A stretch of 64,000 nt of DNA from Nannocystis bainbridge (GCF_028368995.1 NZ_JAQNDL010000001.1:2848001-2912000), one strand, 5' to 3'; numbered from the stretch's first letter, positions 9,325 to 19,417 are shown. Numbers and translations: made by a program. Notes: generated from the sequence alone by a model not told the origin.

Positions 9325-10476
9325 GTGCGTGAAGATCCGCATCGCGTCCTGTTCGACCTCCTCGAGGACGGCGTCCGCGCCGGCCTCTACCCGGGGTGCG
9401 TCGCCCTCGTCTGGCGCGACGGCGCCGAGATCTACCACGAGGCCCACGGCGACCTCGGGAGCCACGAGGGCGCCCCGGGCTACCTGCGCGCGGTCAGCCG
9501 CGACACCGTCTACGACCTCGCCTCGCTGACCAAGGTCCTGGCCACCACCAGCCTCGCCGCCCTGGCCGTCGCCGAGGGCCGGGTCGAACTCACGACGCCC
9601 GTCCCCGCCGAGTGGGATCGCGCCTGCCCGGGCGCCACGCTGGCCCACCTCCTGTCCCATAGTTCAGGTCTGCCCGCGCACCGCGAGTTCTTCGTCGACC
9701 TCAAGCCCGGCCGCCCCGAGCGGGTCCTCGACCGCATCGCCGCGACCGCGCCCGAGTACCCGCTCGGCACCAAGGCCGTCTACAGCGACCTCGGCTTTAT
9801 GATCCTCGGCGCCTGGCTCGAGCGCCTGTTCGGCCAGGCCCTCGACCGCCTGTTCGACGACAAGATCGCCTGGCCGCTCGACCTCCACCGCGGCGACGTC
9901 CCGCGCATCGGCTTCCACCGCCTGCTCGGCGCCCGCGGCCCGTCGTCGGCCCAGCAGCACCGCGTCGCCCCGACCGAGGTCTACGACCCCGCGCTGCACC
10001 CCGACGGCGTGCCCAGCTGGTTCGCCTGCCGCGCCCCGGTCCGCTGCGCCCACTACGAGGTCCACGACGACAACGCCTTCGTCATGAGCGGCGTCGCCGG
10101 CCACGCCGGCCTGTTCGGCGAGGCCGCGGCGGTGCTCGAGCTCGCCCGCGCCTGGCTCGACTGCACCCTGCCCGGCCTCGACGCTCGCACGCGAGATGTC
10201 TTTTGGACCCTGTCCCAAGTACCAGGTTCGACGCGACGGCTCGGCTGGGACAGCCCGACCCCCGACGGCAGCGGCACCGCCGCCGACGTGCTCTCGCCCC
10301 ACGCCGCCGGCCACACCGGCTTCACGGGCACGACCCTGTGGATCGACCCGAGCCCGCCGGACGGCCGCGGCCCGCTGATTGCGATCTTGCTGACGAACCG
10401 GGTCCACCCGACGCGCAACGGCCCGCCGATCTTGCAGCTCCGCCAGCAGTTCCACCGCGCCGCCGTGCGCCTGTGA
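9325..10476 (+). CDS. Serine hydrolase, beta-lactamase family
   Basis: YDLASLTK (SxxK), LLSHSSGL, YSDLGF, GHTGFTGT, LTNRVHP. Confidence 0.9.
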   Translation: MREDPHRVLFDLLEDGVRAGLYPGCVALVWRDGAEIYHEAHGDLGSHEGAPGYLRAVSRDTVYDLASLTKVLATTSLAALAVAEGRVELTTPVPAEWDRACPGATLAHLLSHSSGLPAHREFFVDLKPGRPERVLDRIAATAPEYPLGTKAVYSDLGFMILGAWLERLFGQALDRLFDDKIAWPLDLHRGDVPRIGFHRLLGARGPSSAQQHRVAPTEVYDPALHPDGVPSWFACRAPVRCAHYEVHDDNAFVMSGVAGHAGLFGEAAAVLELARAWLDCTLPGLDARTRDVFWTLSQVPGSTRRLGWDSPTPDGSGTAADVLSPHAAGHTGFTGTTLWIDPSPPDGRGPLIAILLTNRVHPTRNGPPILQLRQQFHRAAVRL

Positions 10477-10588
10477 GCGCGAGTCACCCGCCGCAAACGG
10501 CCCGCCGAACGCGGCCGCGCAGACCCCACGAGCGGCCCGCCGTCCCCTCTTCACCCCAGCCCGCGGGCGTGCGATCCTCCGCGCCACG

Positions 10589-11098
10589 ATGCCCGTCCGC
10601 CGCGCCGTCCCGTTCGCCCTCGCCCTCTTCATCACCACCGCCTGCGGCGGCGAGGCCAAGAAGGCCGAGCCCGAGGTCAAGGCCGCGGAGCCGGCCAAGC
10701 CCGCCGAGGACGACGCGATCGCCAAGCGTCGGGCCGAGCGCGAGGCCAAGGCCAAGGCCGAGAAGGACGCCGAGGACGCGCGCGTCGCCGCCGTCGCTGC
10801 CCTGGCGACCCTCCCGCCCAAGCTGCCGAAGGACATCAAGAAGGCCTGCGACGCCGTCGCCGACGCCCAGCTCAAGTTCTTCGAGCGCATGTACGAGGGC
10901 GCCGAGCTCGACAAGCTCAAGGCCGCCCAGGGCACCCAGCGGCCGATGACCGTCAGCGGCTGCACCGGCCTCGGCAGCCTCGAGGCCGCCGCCTGCCAGG
11001 TCGCCGCCCTCGACGCCGCCACCGACAAGACCCTCAAGGCGTCGATCTCCGACATCATGCGGGTCTGCATCGAGAAGTACGCCAAGCCGGCCGGCTGA
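10589..11098 (+). CDS. Hypothetical lipoprotein
   Basis: Lipobox TTAC; helical, with paired cysteines. Confidence 0.75.
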   Translation: MPVRRAVPFALALFITTACGGEAKKAEPEVKAAEPAKPAEDDAIAKRRAEREAKAKAEKDAEDARVAAVAALATLPPKLPKDIKKACDAVADAQLKFFERMYEGAELDKLKAAQGTQRPMTVSGCTGLGSLEAAACQVAALDAATDKTLKASISDIMRVCIEKYAKPAG

Positions 11099-11136
11099 TC
11101 GCCTGTCCCTTCGCACCTGTCGCAAGGGACATGTCC
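11099..11136. repeat. 14-bp-period decamer array (3 units)
   Basis: tcgcctgtcc-cttc-gcacctgtcg-caag-ggacatgtcc, immediately after a stop. Confidence 0.8.
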
Positions 11137-11408
11137 CTCGGGCCCGCTCAGCCCGAGGACCACGAGCGCGCGCCGCCGCGTCGCTCGTGGCGACATCGCG
11201 CCCCTTCTGCGGTCGTCGCCCGCCCCGGCACGACGCGCGACTCGACCGCCCGGACCGACGCGCACACGCTGCCCGGCCCCGAAGAGCACCGCGCCTCCGC
11301 CGGGTCATGTCCCGCGCACACGGCCCCGGAGCCCACGCGACCCCTGTCGCCCCGACCCGCGCGCCTGCGCCCGCGCGCGGCCCCTCGCTGGATGCTACGC
11401 TCCCGGCC

Positions 11409-11813
11409 ATGCACGACCTGCGCGACGTCGGCGGCACCCCCGGAGGTCTCCCCGTCTTCCTGCTCGGCCTCGGCATGGTGGGCGCCGGCGCCTACTTGCT
11501 GCTCAACCAGGTCATGGTCCACAGCGGCTACTGGGGCTTCTGGGGCGACAACACCTTCGGCCTGACCCTCCTGCCGCTGCTGTTCGGGATCGGCTTTTTG
11601 TTTTACAGCGCGCGCTCGTTCTTCGGCTGGGCGCTCACGGGCCTCGGCGCGGTCTTCATCTTCGTCGGCATCATCGCCAACCTCGAGATCCATTTCCGCC
11701 CGACCACCCTGTGGAACACCCTCGTCATCCTCACCCTGCTGGTGGGTGGCCTCGGCCTCGTGTTCCGGTCCCTGCGGCCGATGCGGGCCCGCCCTCGCGG
11801 CCGCGCGCATTGA
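11409..11813 (+). CDS. Small 4-TM membrane protein
   Basis: GGTPGG start followed by four hydrophobic helices. Confidence 0.8.
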   Translation: MHDLRDVGGTPGGLPVFLLGLGMVGAGAYLLLNQVMVHSGYWGFWGDNTFGLTLLPLLFGIGFLFYSARSFFGWALTGLGAVFIFVGIIANLEIHFRPTTLWNTLVILTLLVGGLGLVFRSLRPMRARPRGRAH

Positions 11814-11845
11814 CAGGGCGGGCGGCCGCGTGGTGCCATCGCTGC

Positions 11846-12403
11846 ATGGCCCCGCCGCCCTTACTGCCTACGACGCGCCTCTACGCCTGCCCCGCCTGCC
11901 GCGAGCACATCAAGTCGGACACCTCGAGCTGCCCTCACTGCGGCGCCGAGCTGCACCGCGAGGGTCGGCTGGCTCGCGCCGCCTCGGCGGTGATGGTGAC
12001 CCTGGCGCTCTCGGGTTGCCCCGACAAGGGCGACGACACCATGGGTGGTAGCGACTCGAGCACCGGCAACACCACCTCGGGCACGGACACCGGCACCGGC
12101 ACCGACACCACCACCGGCAGCACCACCGAAGGCAACTCCGGCACCATGACCGAGTCGCCGACCTCGGCCGAGCCCGAGTACGGCGTGCCCGCCACCGACA
12201 CTCTCGGCACCACCACCAACACCACCTTCGAGCCCGACTACGGCGTCCCCGGCACCACCACCGAGAACACGACCGAGACCACCGAAGGCAGCACCACCGA
12301 CGACACCGACACCGCCACCGTCGGCGAGCCCGAGTACGGCGTGCCGCAGACCAACACCTCCCTCGAGCCCGACTACGGCGTCCCCGGCACCACCGGCGCG
12401 TGA
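11846..12403 (+). CDS. Zn-ribbon/lipoprotein-like protein with four EP[ED]YGVP motifs; candidate radical SAM substrate
   Basis: CPAC..CPHC, then hydrophobic stretch and LSGC, then a Thr-rich tail with EPEYGVP, EPDYGVP, EPEYGVP, EPDYGVP. Confidence 0.75.
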   Translation: MAPPPLLPTTRLYACPACREHIKSDTSSCPHCGAELHREGRLARAASAVMVTLALSGCPDKGDDTMGGSDSSTGNTTSGTDTGTGTDTTTGSTTEGNSGTMTESPTSAEPEYGVPATDTLGTTTNTTFEPDYGVPGTTTENTTETTEGSTTDDTDTATVGEPEYGVPQTNTSLEPDYGVPGTTGA

Positions 12404-12413
12404 CCGCCCCGAA

Positions 12414-12547
12414 GGACAGGTCCCAAAGGCCCTGTCCTTCGCCACATGCGCGCACGGACATGTTCTGAACATCCGTCGCACGCGCCTGCCCGATCGGACA
12501 TGCTCCTCGCAGCATGCCCCCGAGGACATGGCCCTCGGGGCATGTCC
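12414..12547. repeat. Two adjacent 14-bp-period decamer arrays (4 + 5 units)
   Basis: Units at 12414, 12428, 12442, 12456 and 12482, 12496, 12510, 12524, 12538. Confidence 0.9.
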
Positions 12548-12557
12548 CGAACCATCC

Positions 12558-13814
12558 TCACCCCGCCAGCACGGGCAGCCGCACCGTCGTGCGCGGCGGC
12601 GCCATGTCCCACGGCTCCTCGACGATCTCGTACTGGCCAAAATCGTAAGGATCGCCGGGAGCGGCCTGGCGCAGGACCACCCGCTCGCGCAGCCCCTTGC
12701 GCTTCATCTGCGCCGCCCGGTAGTAGCAGAACGGATTGTTGCCGCGCTTGCCGATCGCGCTGTGGGCGGTGAACGAGCAGCCCGCGCGGCACACCTCCGC
12801 GTAGTAGCAGGACTTGCAGAAGCCCCACAGCTCGTCCGTCCCGCGCTCGCGGGCGAACGCGATCTCCGGCGCGTCGTTCCAGATGTCCTCGATCGCCGCC
12901 GTCTTCACGTTGCCGCCGGTGTACGGGGCCGTCGGCAGCGACGGGCAGCCCTTGATCGTCCCGTCGGACTCGATCCCCATCACGAACTTGCCGGCCGAGC
13001 AGCCCTGCCAGTAGCTGTCGGGCGAGCCCGGGCGGGTGCGCAGCAGCTGCTCGTGCGGCCCGAAGTAACCGAGGTTGTTGCCGAGCCGCACGTGGAACGC
13101 CCGCTCCCACGCGATCCCCTGCGCCGCCGCGCGCTCCTGGCACCAGCGCTGGATGTCGGCCAGCGTGTCGATCACCTCCATCACCATGTACGGCTCGAGC
13201 AGCCAGTCCGGGCGGTCGGCCGCGCGGCCCATCGGCGCCGTCATCTGCGCTCGCCACACCGCCACCCCCGCGTCTGCCAGCAGCTCCGCCGTCTCGCGCA
13301 GCACATCCTTGTTGAGCCGGTTGATCTGCGAGTTCGAGGTCACCAGCATGCCCGCCGCGCGGGCGTTGCGGATCCCCTTCAGCGCCGCCGCGTGGCTCCC
13401 CGGGCTCGCGCGCAGCGTGTCGTGCGGCCCCTCCGGCCCGTCGACCGACACCCCGATCGCCGCCAGCCCTGCCTCGCGCAGCTTGCGGCAGCGGTCCTGC
13501 GTCAGCCCGCGGCCGCCGGTCTGCATCGTCACGCGGATCCCCGCCTGCGTCATGTGCTGGATCAGCCGATAACAATCGCCGCGCAGGTACGCCTCGCCGC
13601 CGATCAGCGTCACCTCGCGGCTGCCGAGGCGCACCAGCGCGTCGGCCACCTCGAGCAGCTCCTCGGTGTTCAGCTCGTCCGGTCGCGCGTCGCCGGCTCG
13701 CGACCCGCAGTGCGCACATTCGTGGTCGCAGCGCAGCGTCGTCTCCCACACCACATAGATCGGCCGCGGCCGCATCAGGTCGTCGGGACGCAGCGCGCGT
13801 GCAGGCGAGTTCAT
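12558..13814 (-). CDS. Radical SAM/SPASM peptide-modifying enzyme (PlpX/splicease-like family)
   Basis: WETTLRCDHECAHCGSRAG (CxxxCxxC), IGGEAYLR, GNNLGYFGP, CSAG..IESDGTIKGCPSL, CKSCYYAEVCRAGC..GNNPFC. Confidence 0.88.
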   Translation of the reverse strand: MNSPARALRPDDLMRPRPIYVVWETTLRCDHECAHCGSRAGDARPDELNTEELLEVADALVRLGSREVTLIGGEAYLRGDCYRLIQHMTQAGIRVTMQTGGRGLTQDRCRKLREAGLAAIGVSVDGPEGPHDTLRASPGSHAAALKGIRNARAAGMLVTSNSQINRLNKDVLRETAELLADAGVAVWRAQMTAPMGRAADRPDWLLEPYMVMEVIDTLADIQRWCQERAAAQGIAWERAFHVRLGNNLGYFGPHEQLLRTRPGSPDSYWQGCSAGKFVMGIESDGTIKGCPSLPTAPYTGGNVKTAAIEDIWNDAPEIAFARERGTDELWGFCKSCYYAEVCRAGCSFTAHSAIGKRGNNPFCYYRAAQMKRKGLRERVVLRQAAPGDPYDFGQYEIVEEPWDMAPPRTTVRLPVLAG

Positions 13815-14045
13815 GCCGCGATGCTACCCCATCGCCTCGCCGCTCGCCTCGGGTCGCGGATCTCTGTGCGTCTCCAGGAGCGGCATCGCAAGCGCGAGCC
13901 CGGCCATGTCTGGCGCCGCCCATGCAGCGAAGTCGGGGGCGCAGCACCGCGACCTCGCGCAATCACACCTCCTCTCCCTCCACGTGGCGAGCACCGCCCT
14001 CGCTACCGCGAGCTCGCCCCCGCGACATCGACGTCGTGCCGGCGC

Positions 14046-15212
14046 TCACCCGCCCGAGTCGGCGTCCTCGGCGTCCGGCCCGGGCGGGGTCGCGTCGTCG
14101 AGATCATCCAGATACCCGTGGGGCAGCGCGACCTTCTGCGGCGGCCCGCTCTTGCCGCGCACGATCTGGGCTGCCGCCGGGAACGGCTCTGTCGGGTCGA
14201 CTTCGCCCAGCAGCGCCCGCAGCTCCGCCAGTCGACTCGCCTGCATCAGCTTCGGCACCACCGGCGCCGCGCTGACGAACCCCAGCGTGTACCAGCGCGC
14301 GTGCTTGCGGAACGCCGCCATGGCTGGCTCTTCGGACATCCACGCGCACAGCCGCTCCGCGTGCTCCAGCATGATCGCCCACACCTCGCCCAGCGTCGGC
14401 GGCGCCGGCGGCGGCGCGCCGGCGAACGCGGCCGCCAGCTCCGCGAACAGCCACGGCCGACCCAGGCAACCGCGCCCCACCACCACCCCGTCGCAACCTG
14501 TCTCTCGGACCATGCGCAGCGCGTCGCTGGCCTCCCAGATATCGCCGTTGCCGAGCACCGGGATCGTGCGCACCGCCTGCTTGAGCGCCGCGATCGCCTC
14601 CCAGCGGGCCGAGCCCGAGTACAGCTGCGCGGCCGTCCGCGCGTGCAGGGCCACCGCTGCGCAGCCCTCCGCCTCGCCGATCGCCCCCGCCTGCAGGTAC
14701 GTCAGCAGCGACTCGTCGATGCCCATGCGGAACTTCATCGTCACCGGCACCGGGCCCGCCGCCTTCACCGCCGCTCGCACGATCGCGCGCAGCAGGTTGG
14801 GCTTGACCGGGATCGCCGAGCCGCCGCCCTTGCGCGTCACCTTGCGCACCGGACATCCGAAGTTCAGGTCGATGTGATCGACCCTGCCTTCGCCGACCAG
14901 CACGCGCACGGCGCCGGCGATCGTCGCCGGGTCGACGCCGTAAAGCTGCAGGCTGCGCGGCGACTCGTCGGCGCCGAAGTCCGACAGCTGCAGGCTGCGC
15001 GCGTCGCCGCGCACCAGCGGCCCCGCCGTGATCATCTCGCTGACATACAGGCCCGCCCCGAAGCGCCGGCACAGCGCGCGGAACGGATAGTTGGTGATGC
15101 CCGCCATCGGCGCCAGCACCACCGGCGGCCACACGCGCAGCGGACCTAACTGCAGCGCCGACGCATCACCCGCCTCGCGCCTCGCCTCCGTCGTCGTCAC
15201 GGCCGCGCTCAT
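14046..15212 (-). CDS. dusB: tRNA-dihydrouridine synthase
   Basis: LAPMAGIT, IDLNFGCPVRKV, HARTAAQLYSG, GNGDI, VGRGCLGRPW. Confidence 0.92.
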   Translation of the reverse strand: MSAAVTTTEARREAGDASALQLGPLRVWPPVVLAPMAGITNYPFRALCRRFGAGLYVSEMITAGPLVRGDARSLQLSDFGADESPRSLQLYGVDPATIAGAVRVLVGEGRVDHIDLNFGCPVRKVTRKGGGSAIPVKPNLLRAIVRAAVKAAGPVPVTMKFRMGIDESLLTYLQAGAIGEAEGCAAVALHARTAAQLYSGSARWEAIAALKQAVRTIPVLGNGDIWEASDALRMVRETGCDGVVVGRGCLGRPWLFAELAAAFAGAPPPAPPTLGEVWAIMLEHAERLCAWMSEEPAMAAFRKHARWYTLGFVSAAPVVPKLMQASRLAELRALLGEVDPTEPFPAAAQIVRGKSGPPQKVALPHGYLDDLDDATPPGPDAEDADSGG

Positions 15213-15325
15213 ATCACAGCGCCCTCCTCTCCGCACCGCGCGACGCGCACGGGGCCCACGTAGGTGGCGTGCGGTGATACATCCACCGTTGACGGTCCGC
15301 GCCGGCCGCGGTCACGATACGCCCC

Positions 15326-16408
15326 ATGAGAATTGAATTGATGGCCCGGGAAGCCGCGTTCGCGCTCCTGCTCGCGACCGCCTGTGGCGGCAGCAACAAC
15401 ACCACCGCCGGCGTCGACGGCACCGACACGCAGGCCAGCACCACCGACACCAGCGGCGCCACCGCCGGCGATCCGACCGGGGGCGTCAGCGACAGCGAGA
15501 CCGGCACGCCGACGACCACCGCCGGCAGCAACTCTGCCAGCGACAGCGACGCCACGGCCACCACCGGCGAGACCGCGTCGACCGGCACCACCTCGACGAC
15601 CAGCGAGACCGGGCCCGACACCACGACCTCGACCACGTCGCCCGCGACCACCGACACCACCACCACCGGCGAGACCGCGACCACCGACACCACCACCATG
15701 GGCGTCGAGGACACGGACACCAGCAGCACCACCGACGGCGGCTCGACTCTCGGCACCACCGAGCCCGACACCACCACCGGCGACCTCCCGTGCGGCACCG
15801 TGCTCAAGGCGACGATCCGCGACTTCGCCTTCTCGCACCCCGACTTCGAGAAGTACTCCGGCAACGGCGCCTACCTCGGCCTCGTCCAGCAGGACCTCGG
15901 CCCCGATCAGAAGCCCGTCTACGCCCACCCCGGCCCGACCCCGCAGACCAGCGGGCCGGCGGCGTTCGCCCAGTGGTACAACGACGTGCCCGGCGTCAAT
16001 CACACGTTCCAGGTCGACCTCCCGCTCACCGAGGTCCAGCCCGGCATCTACCAGTTCGCCGACAACACCTTCTTCCCGGTCGACAACCTCGGGTTCGGCA
16101 ACGAGGGCCAGCCCAACAACTTCGCCTTCACCACCGAGATCCACACGACCTTCTTCTACAACGGCGGCGAGGTCTTCACCTTCACCGGCGACGACGACGT
16201 GTGGGTGTTCATCAACGGCAAGCTGGCCCTCGACCTCGGCGGCCTCCACTCCCAGTTGCAGGCCTCGGTCAACCTCGACAACAGCGCGGCCGCCCTCGGC
16301 ATCACCAAGGGCATGTCCTACTCGCTCGACGTGTTCCACGCCGAGCGCCACACCAACGAGTCGAATTTCCGCATCGACACCACGATCGCCTGCTTCGTGC
16401 CGATGTGA
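15326..16408 (+). CDS. Fibro-slime (PA14-like) domain lipoprotein
   Basis: Lipobox ATAC; Thr-rich linker; IRDF..HPDFE, NFAFTTEIH, FTGDDDVWVFINGKLALDLGGLH, FHAERHT..SNFRIDT. Confidence 0.9.
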   Translation: MRIELMAREAAFALLLATACGGSNNTTAGVDGTDTQASTTDTSGATAGDPTGGVSDSETGTPTTTAGSNSASDSDATATTGETASTGTTSTTSETGPDTTTSTTSPATTDTTTTGETATTDTTTMGVEDTDTSSTTDGGSTLGTTEPDTTTGDLPCGTVLKATIRDFAFSHPDFEKYSGNGAYLGLVQQDLGPDQKPVYAHPGPTPQTSGPAAFAQWYNDVPGVNHTFQVDLPLTEVQPGIYQFADNTFFPVDNLGFGNEGQPNNFAFTTEIHTTFFYNGGEVFTFTGDDDVWVFINGKLALDLGGLHSQLQASVNLDNSAAALGITKGMSYSLDVFHAERHTNESNFRIDTTIACFVPM

Positions 16409-16411
16409 CCG

Positions 16412-16463
16412 CAGCCTGGCCGAACGAGCATGTCCCCCAGGACATGCTCGCCAGGACAGCTTA
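16412..16463. repeat. 14-bp-period decamer array (3-4 units)
   Basis: cagcctggcc-gaac-gagcatgtcc-ccca-ggacatgctc-gcca-ggacagctta. Confidence 0.8.
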
Positions 16464-16503
16464 TTTCACCGGCCGTCCCCCGCGCGGGCGCTCGCGCTCG
16501 CGC

Positions 16504-17223
16504 TCACGGCTGGTACTGCGGCGCGAACGAGGCCGCGAAGTCGGCGATCGGGTGCTCCCAGATCGCCATCGTCAACGCCGGCCCGACCACCTTGAAAAAA
16601 TAGGTCTCGCCCTGGTGCTCGACGATCGCCGCCATCATCCGGTAGTTGGGGTCGTCGTAGCGCTCGTTCTCGGCCCCCGCGACCGGGGCCGCGTAGGTCC
16701 CCGCCATGTCGGCCAGCGTCACCGCGAGCGGCCCGCGGACCATCTCCTGCACGCGCACCTGCTCATCTGCCAAGGGCGCCCCCGAGGCCGTGACGAACTG
16801 CGCCTGCCACTGGCGCACGTACGCCGTCGGCTCGACCCCCGCCGCGGCGAAGCGCGAGACCTCGAGGTGCGCGTCGCCGCCGGGCCCCGACAGCGTGAAC
16901 CCCGGCCCCCCATTGGGCCCGGCGCCGGGGGCCGCCAGCCACTCCACGGGCACGCGGAAGAACAGCCGGTCGACCGCCTCGACGCGCGTGCGACCGCTGA
17001 TCTCGATCTCCCGGGCGTCGATCGCCGGCCGCGGCGTCCGCGGGTTCATGCCCGGCGGCGGCGAGGTCGTCGGCGGCCGCGGATCTTTGTAGGACGACGC
17101 GCGGGTGTCGAGCGCCGCCACCACCGCGAACGGATCGGCCTGCCGCTCCGACAGCACCGGCGGCTCGCGCTGGCAGGCGACCAGCACGAACGCGACGAAC
17201 CCGAGCGAGAGACCACGCGCCAT
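16504..17223 (-). CDS. Hypothetical lipoprotein
   Basis: Lipobox LVAC; conserved-looking C-terminus YRMMAAIVE..YFFKVVGP. Confidence 0.7.
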   Translation of the reverse strand: MARGLSLGFVAFVLVACQREPPVLSERQADPFAVVAALDTRASSYKDPRPPTTSPPPGMNPRTPRPAIDAREIEISGRTRVEAVDRLFFRVPVEWLAAPGAGPNGGPGFTLSGPGGDAHLEVSRFAAAGVEPTAYVRQWQAQFVTASGAPLADEQVRVQEMVRGPLAVTLADMAGTYAAPVAGAENERYDDPNYRMMAAIVEHQGETYFFKVVGPALTMAIWEHPIADFAASFAPQYQP

Positions 17224-17337
17224 CACGAGCTCGAGATAGCAAACACGGGGCCGGCGACAACCGAACTGGGCCGCGATGCCGGCGCGCAATCACTTCGCCT
17301 TGCCGCCCGCGCGACCCGTGCCACCAGGCCCGGTCGC

Positions 17338-18111
17338 GTGTTGTGGATCGGCACCTCGGGCTGGCAATACGACGATTGGCGCGGCCGCTTCTACCCCGAA
17401 CGCTCGCCTGCGCGGCTATGGCTCTCGCACTACGCGGCTGCGTTCCGCACGGTCGAGCTCAACAGCAGTTTTTATCGCCTGCCCGCCGGCGACACCTTCG
17501 CCGCCTGGGCCCGCGACACGCCCGCCGACTTCGTGTTCGCCACCAAGGCCAGCCGCTACCTCTCGCACATGAAGCGGCTCCGCGACCCCGAGCAGCCGGT
17601 CGCGCGCTTGCTCGCTGCCGCCCGTCGCCTCGGCGCCAAGCTCGGCCCGGTGCTGGTCCAGCTGCCGGCGACGATGGCCTGCGACCCCGACCGCCTCGCC
17701 CACCTGCTCGCCGTGTGGCCCGACGACCACCGCCTCGCGCTCGAGCTGCGACACCCGTCGTGGTTCACCGCCGATACCTACGCCGCGCTGCGCCGCCATG
17801 ACGTCGCGCTGTGCTTCACCGACGTCGACGGTCGCCCGCAGGGCCCGCTCGAGCGCACCGCCGACTGGGGCTACGTCCGCCTGCACCGCGGCACCGCCGC
17901 CCCGCGCCCCTGCTACGGCGACGGCGCGCTGTCCTCGTGGATCGTGCGGATCTCCCAGCTCTACGCCGACCGCCGCGACGTCTTCGTGTTTTTTAACAAT
18001 GACCCACGCGCGTGCGCCGTCGCCAACGCGGCCCGCTTCGGCCGCCTCGCCGACACAGCCGGCCGCCACCGCACCCGCACCCCCGAAGCGCGCGACGTCA
18101 CGCCCGGCTGA
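17338..18111 (+). CDS. DUF72 domain protein
   Basis: IGTSGWQYDDW..FYP, TVELNSSFYRLP, KLGPVLVQLP, ELRHPSW, YVRLH, VFFNND. Confidence 0.92.
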   Translation: MLWIGTSGWQYDDWRGRFYPERSPARLWLSHYAAAFRTVELNSSFYRLPAGDTFAAWARDTPADFVFATKASRYLSHMKRLRDPEQPVARLLAAARRLGAKLGPVLVQLPATMACDPDRLAHLLAVWPDDHRLALELRHPSWFTADTYAALRRHDVALCFTDVDGRPQGPLERTADWGYVRLHRGTAAPRPCYGDGALSSWIVRISQLYADRRDVFVFFNNDPRACAVANAARFGRLADTAGRHRTRTPEARDVTPG

Positions 18112-18231
18112 GCGCGACCGCGGACCCGGGCATGCGCGTTCTTTCTCGGCTCGACCTGTCCACCGGCCCGTGCGACGCGTACGATGGCCGCGTCGCCGCG
18201 CGCGTATCCTCTGCCCCCGAGGACATGTCCC

Positions 18232-18825
18232 ATGAGCCAGATCATCATCGCCGACGCTGACGGCGCGATCGTCGAGTACGACCCCGGGTTCCTCGACCCG
18301 GGTCCGCGGTCGGCCCTGCTCGCCGAGCTGGCGCAGGTCCAGGACCGCTTCGACCGCGACCGCGTGCGCATGTACGGCAAGACCCTCGATTCGCCGCGGC
18401 TCGTGTGCGCCTTCGGCGACGACGGCCTGCACTACCGCTACGCCGGCGTCGACCGCACCACCCACCCGTGGCCGCCGCACCTCCGCGCCGCCCGCGACCG
18501 GATCGCCGACCTCTGCGGTCACCCCTTCAACTACGCCCTCGTCAACCTCTACCGCGACGGCGACGACTACATCGGCTGGCACGCCGACAAGGTCAGCGAC
18601 CTCGCCCCCGGCTCGGCGATCGCCAGCCTCAGCCTCGGCGCGGCGCGGCCGTTCCAGCTGCGCCACAAGCAGCAGGACATCGAACACGAGGTCCTGCTCG
18701 CGTCCGGCAGCCTGCTGGTCATGCGCGGCACCACCCAGCAATTTTACAAGCACGCCCTGCCGCGCCGGCGCGGCGTGACCGAGTCCCGCTTCAACGTCAC
18801 CTTCCGCCACGTGCGCGCGTCGTGA
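18232..18825 (+). CDS. AlkB-family 2OG-Fe(II) dioxygenase
   Basis: FNYALVNLYRDGDDYIGWHAD, IASLSLGAAR, GSLLVM..HALPRR..RFNVTFR. Confidence 0.92.
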   Translation: MSQIIIADADGAIVEYDPGFLDPGPRSALLAELAQVQDRFDRDRVRMYGKTLDSPRLVCAFGDDGLHYRYAGVDRTTHPWPPHLRAARDRIADLCGHPFNYALVNLYRDGDDYIGWHADKVSDLAPGSAIASLSLGAARPFQLRHKQQDIEHEVLLASGSLLVMRGTTQQFYKHALPRRRGVTESRFNVTFRHVRAS

Positions 18826-18827
18826 GC

Positions 18828-18973
18828 CGTAATGTCTCTCTGAACATGTCTCTCTGAACATGTCTCTCTGAACATGTCTCGATAGACGTGTTCGATAGGA
18901 CACGTCACATACCCCGCGCCGCAAGGTCGGTGCCAGACCAAAGGCCGATCGACATGATCATCGGGACATGTCT
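18828..18973. repeat. 14-bp-period decamer arrays (6 + 2 units), including a perfect 14-bp triplication
   Basis: Units at 18828, 18842, 18856, 18870, 18884, 18898, with (ctctgaacatgtct)x3; further pair at 18950, 18964. Confidence 0.9.
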
Positions 18974-19417
18974 CATGCGCCGCCTCGTGCGCCCCGCCGG
19001 TCTCGCGGACGGCCCTGCGAGGTACGTACGCCTCGCAGGGCCCGTCGCCGCGAGCTCGTGCCCGCGAGCGTGAGTGCGGGTGCCTCTGCTGAACGCGGCC
19101 GAGCTCGCCGCTTCCTCCGCATCGCCTGACGCTCGCGGACCCCACCGCTGCGCCGCCAAGGGCCAGCGAACCCCGCGCCCACGCGCTGCCCGGGCCGCAT
19201 CGACGCGCCCAGCCTTCCGCTTCCGAATCACGCCAGACAGCACCTCCGCGTGCTTGAGCTCGCCGACCTCGTCCTGCGCGAGTGCGACGCGCCGCGACGG
19301 CCGGGCCAGATCTGGCGCGAGCCTCTGCCCGCTTCCTGGCGAATTACCGGCAGTTGTGGAATCGCCCGGGCGCTCGGCTGGACGAATGGCCCGAGCGCCG
19401 GCAGAAAGCCTAGCACC

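Noticed and set aside
8353-12547. Decamer arrays as CRISPR arrays
   Set aside because: The 10-bp degenerate repeats and 4-bp spacers are far too short, and there are no cas genes.
15790-18111. 773-aa ORF as one protein
   Set aside because: Only the last ~257 aa (DUF72) is protein-like; the rest overlaps two other genes.
19150-19310. Possible ArsR-type HTH remnant on the minus strand (LKHAEVLSGVIRKRKAGR)
   Set aside because: The similarity is short, there is no clear start, and the orientation is opposite to the usual arsR-SRPBCC arrangement.
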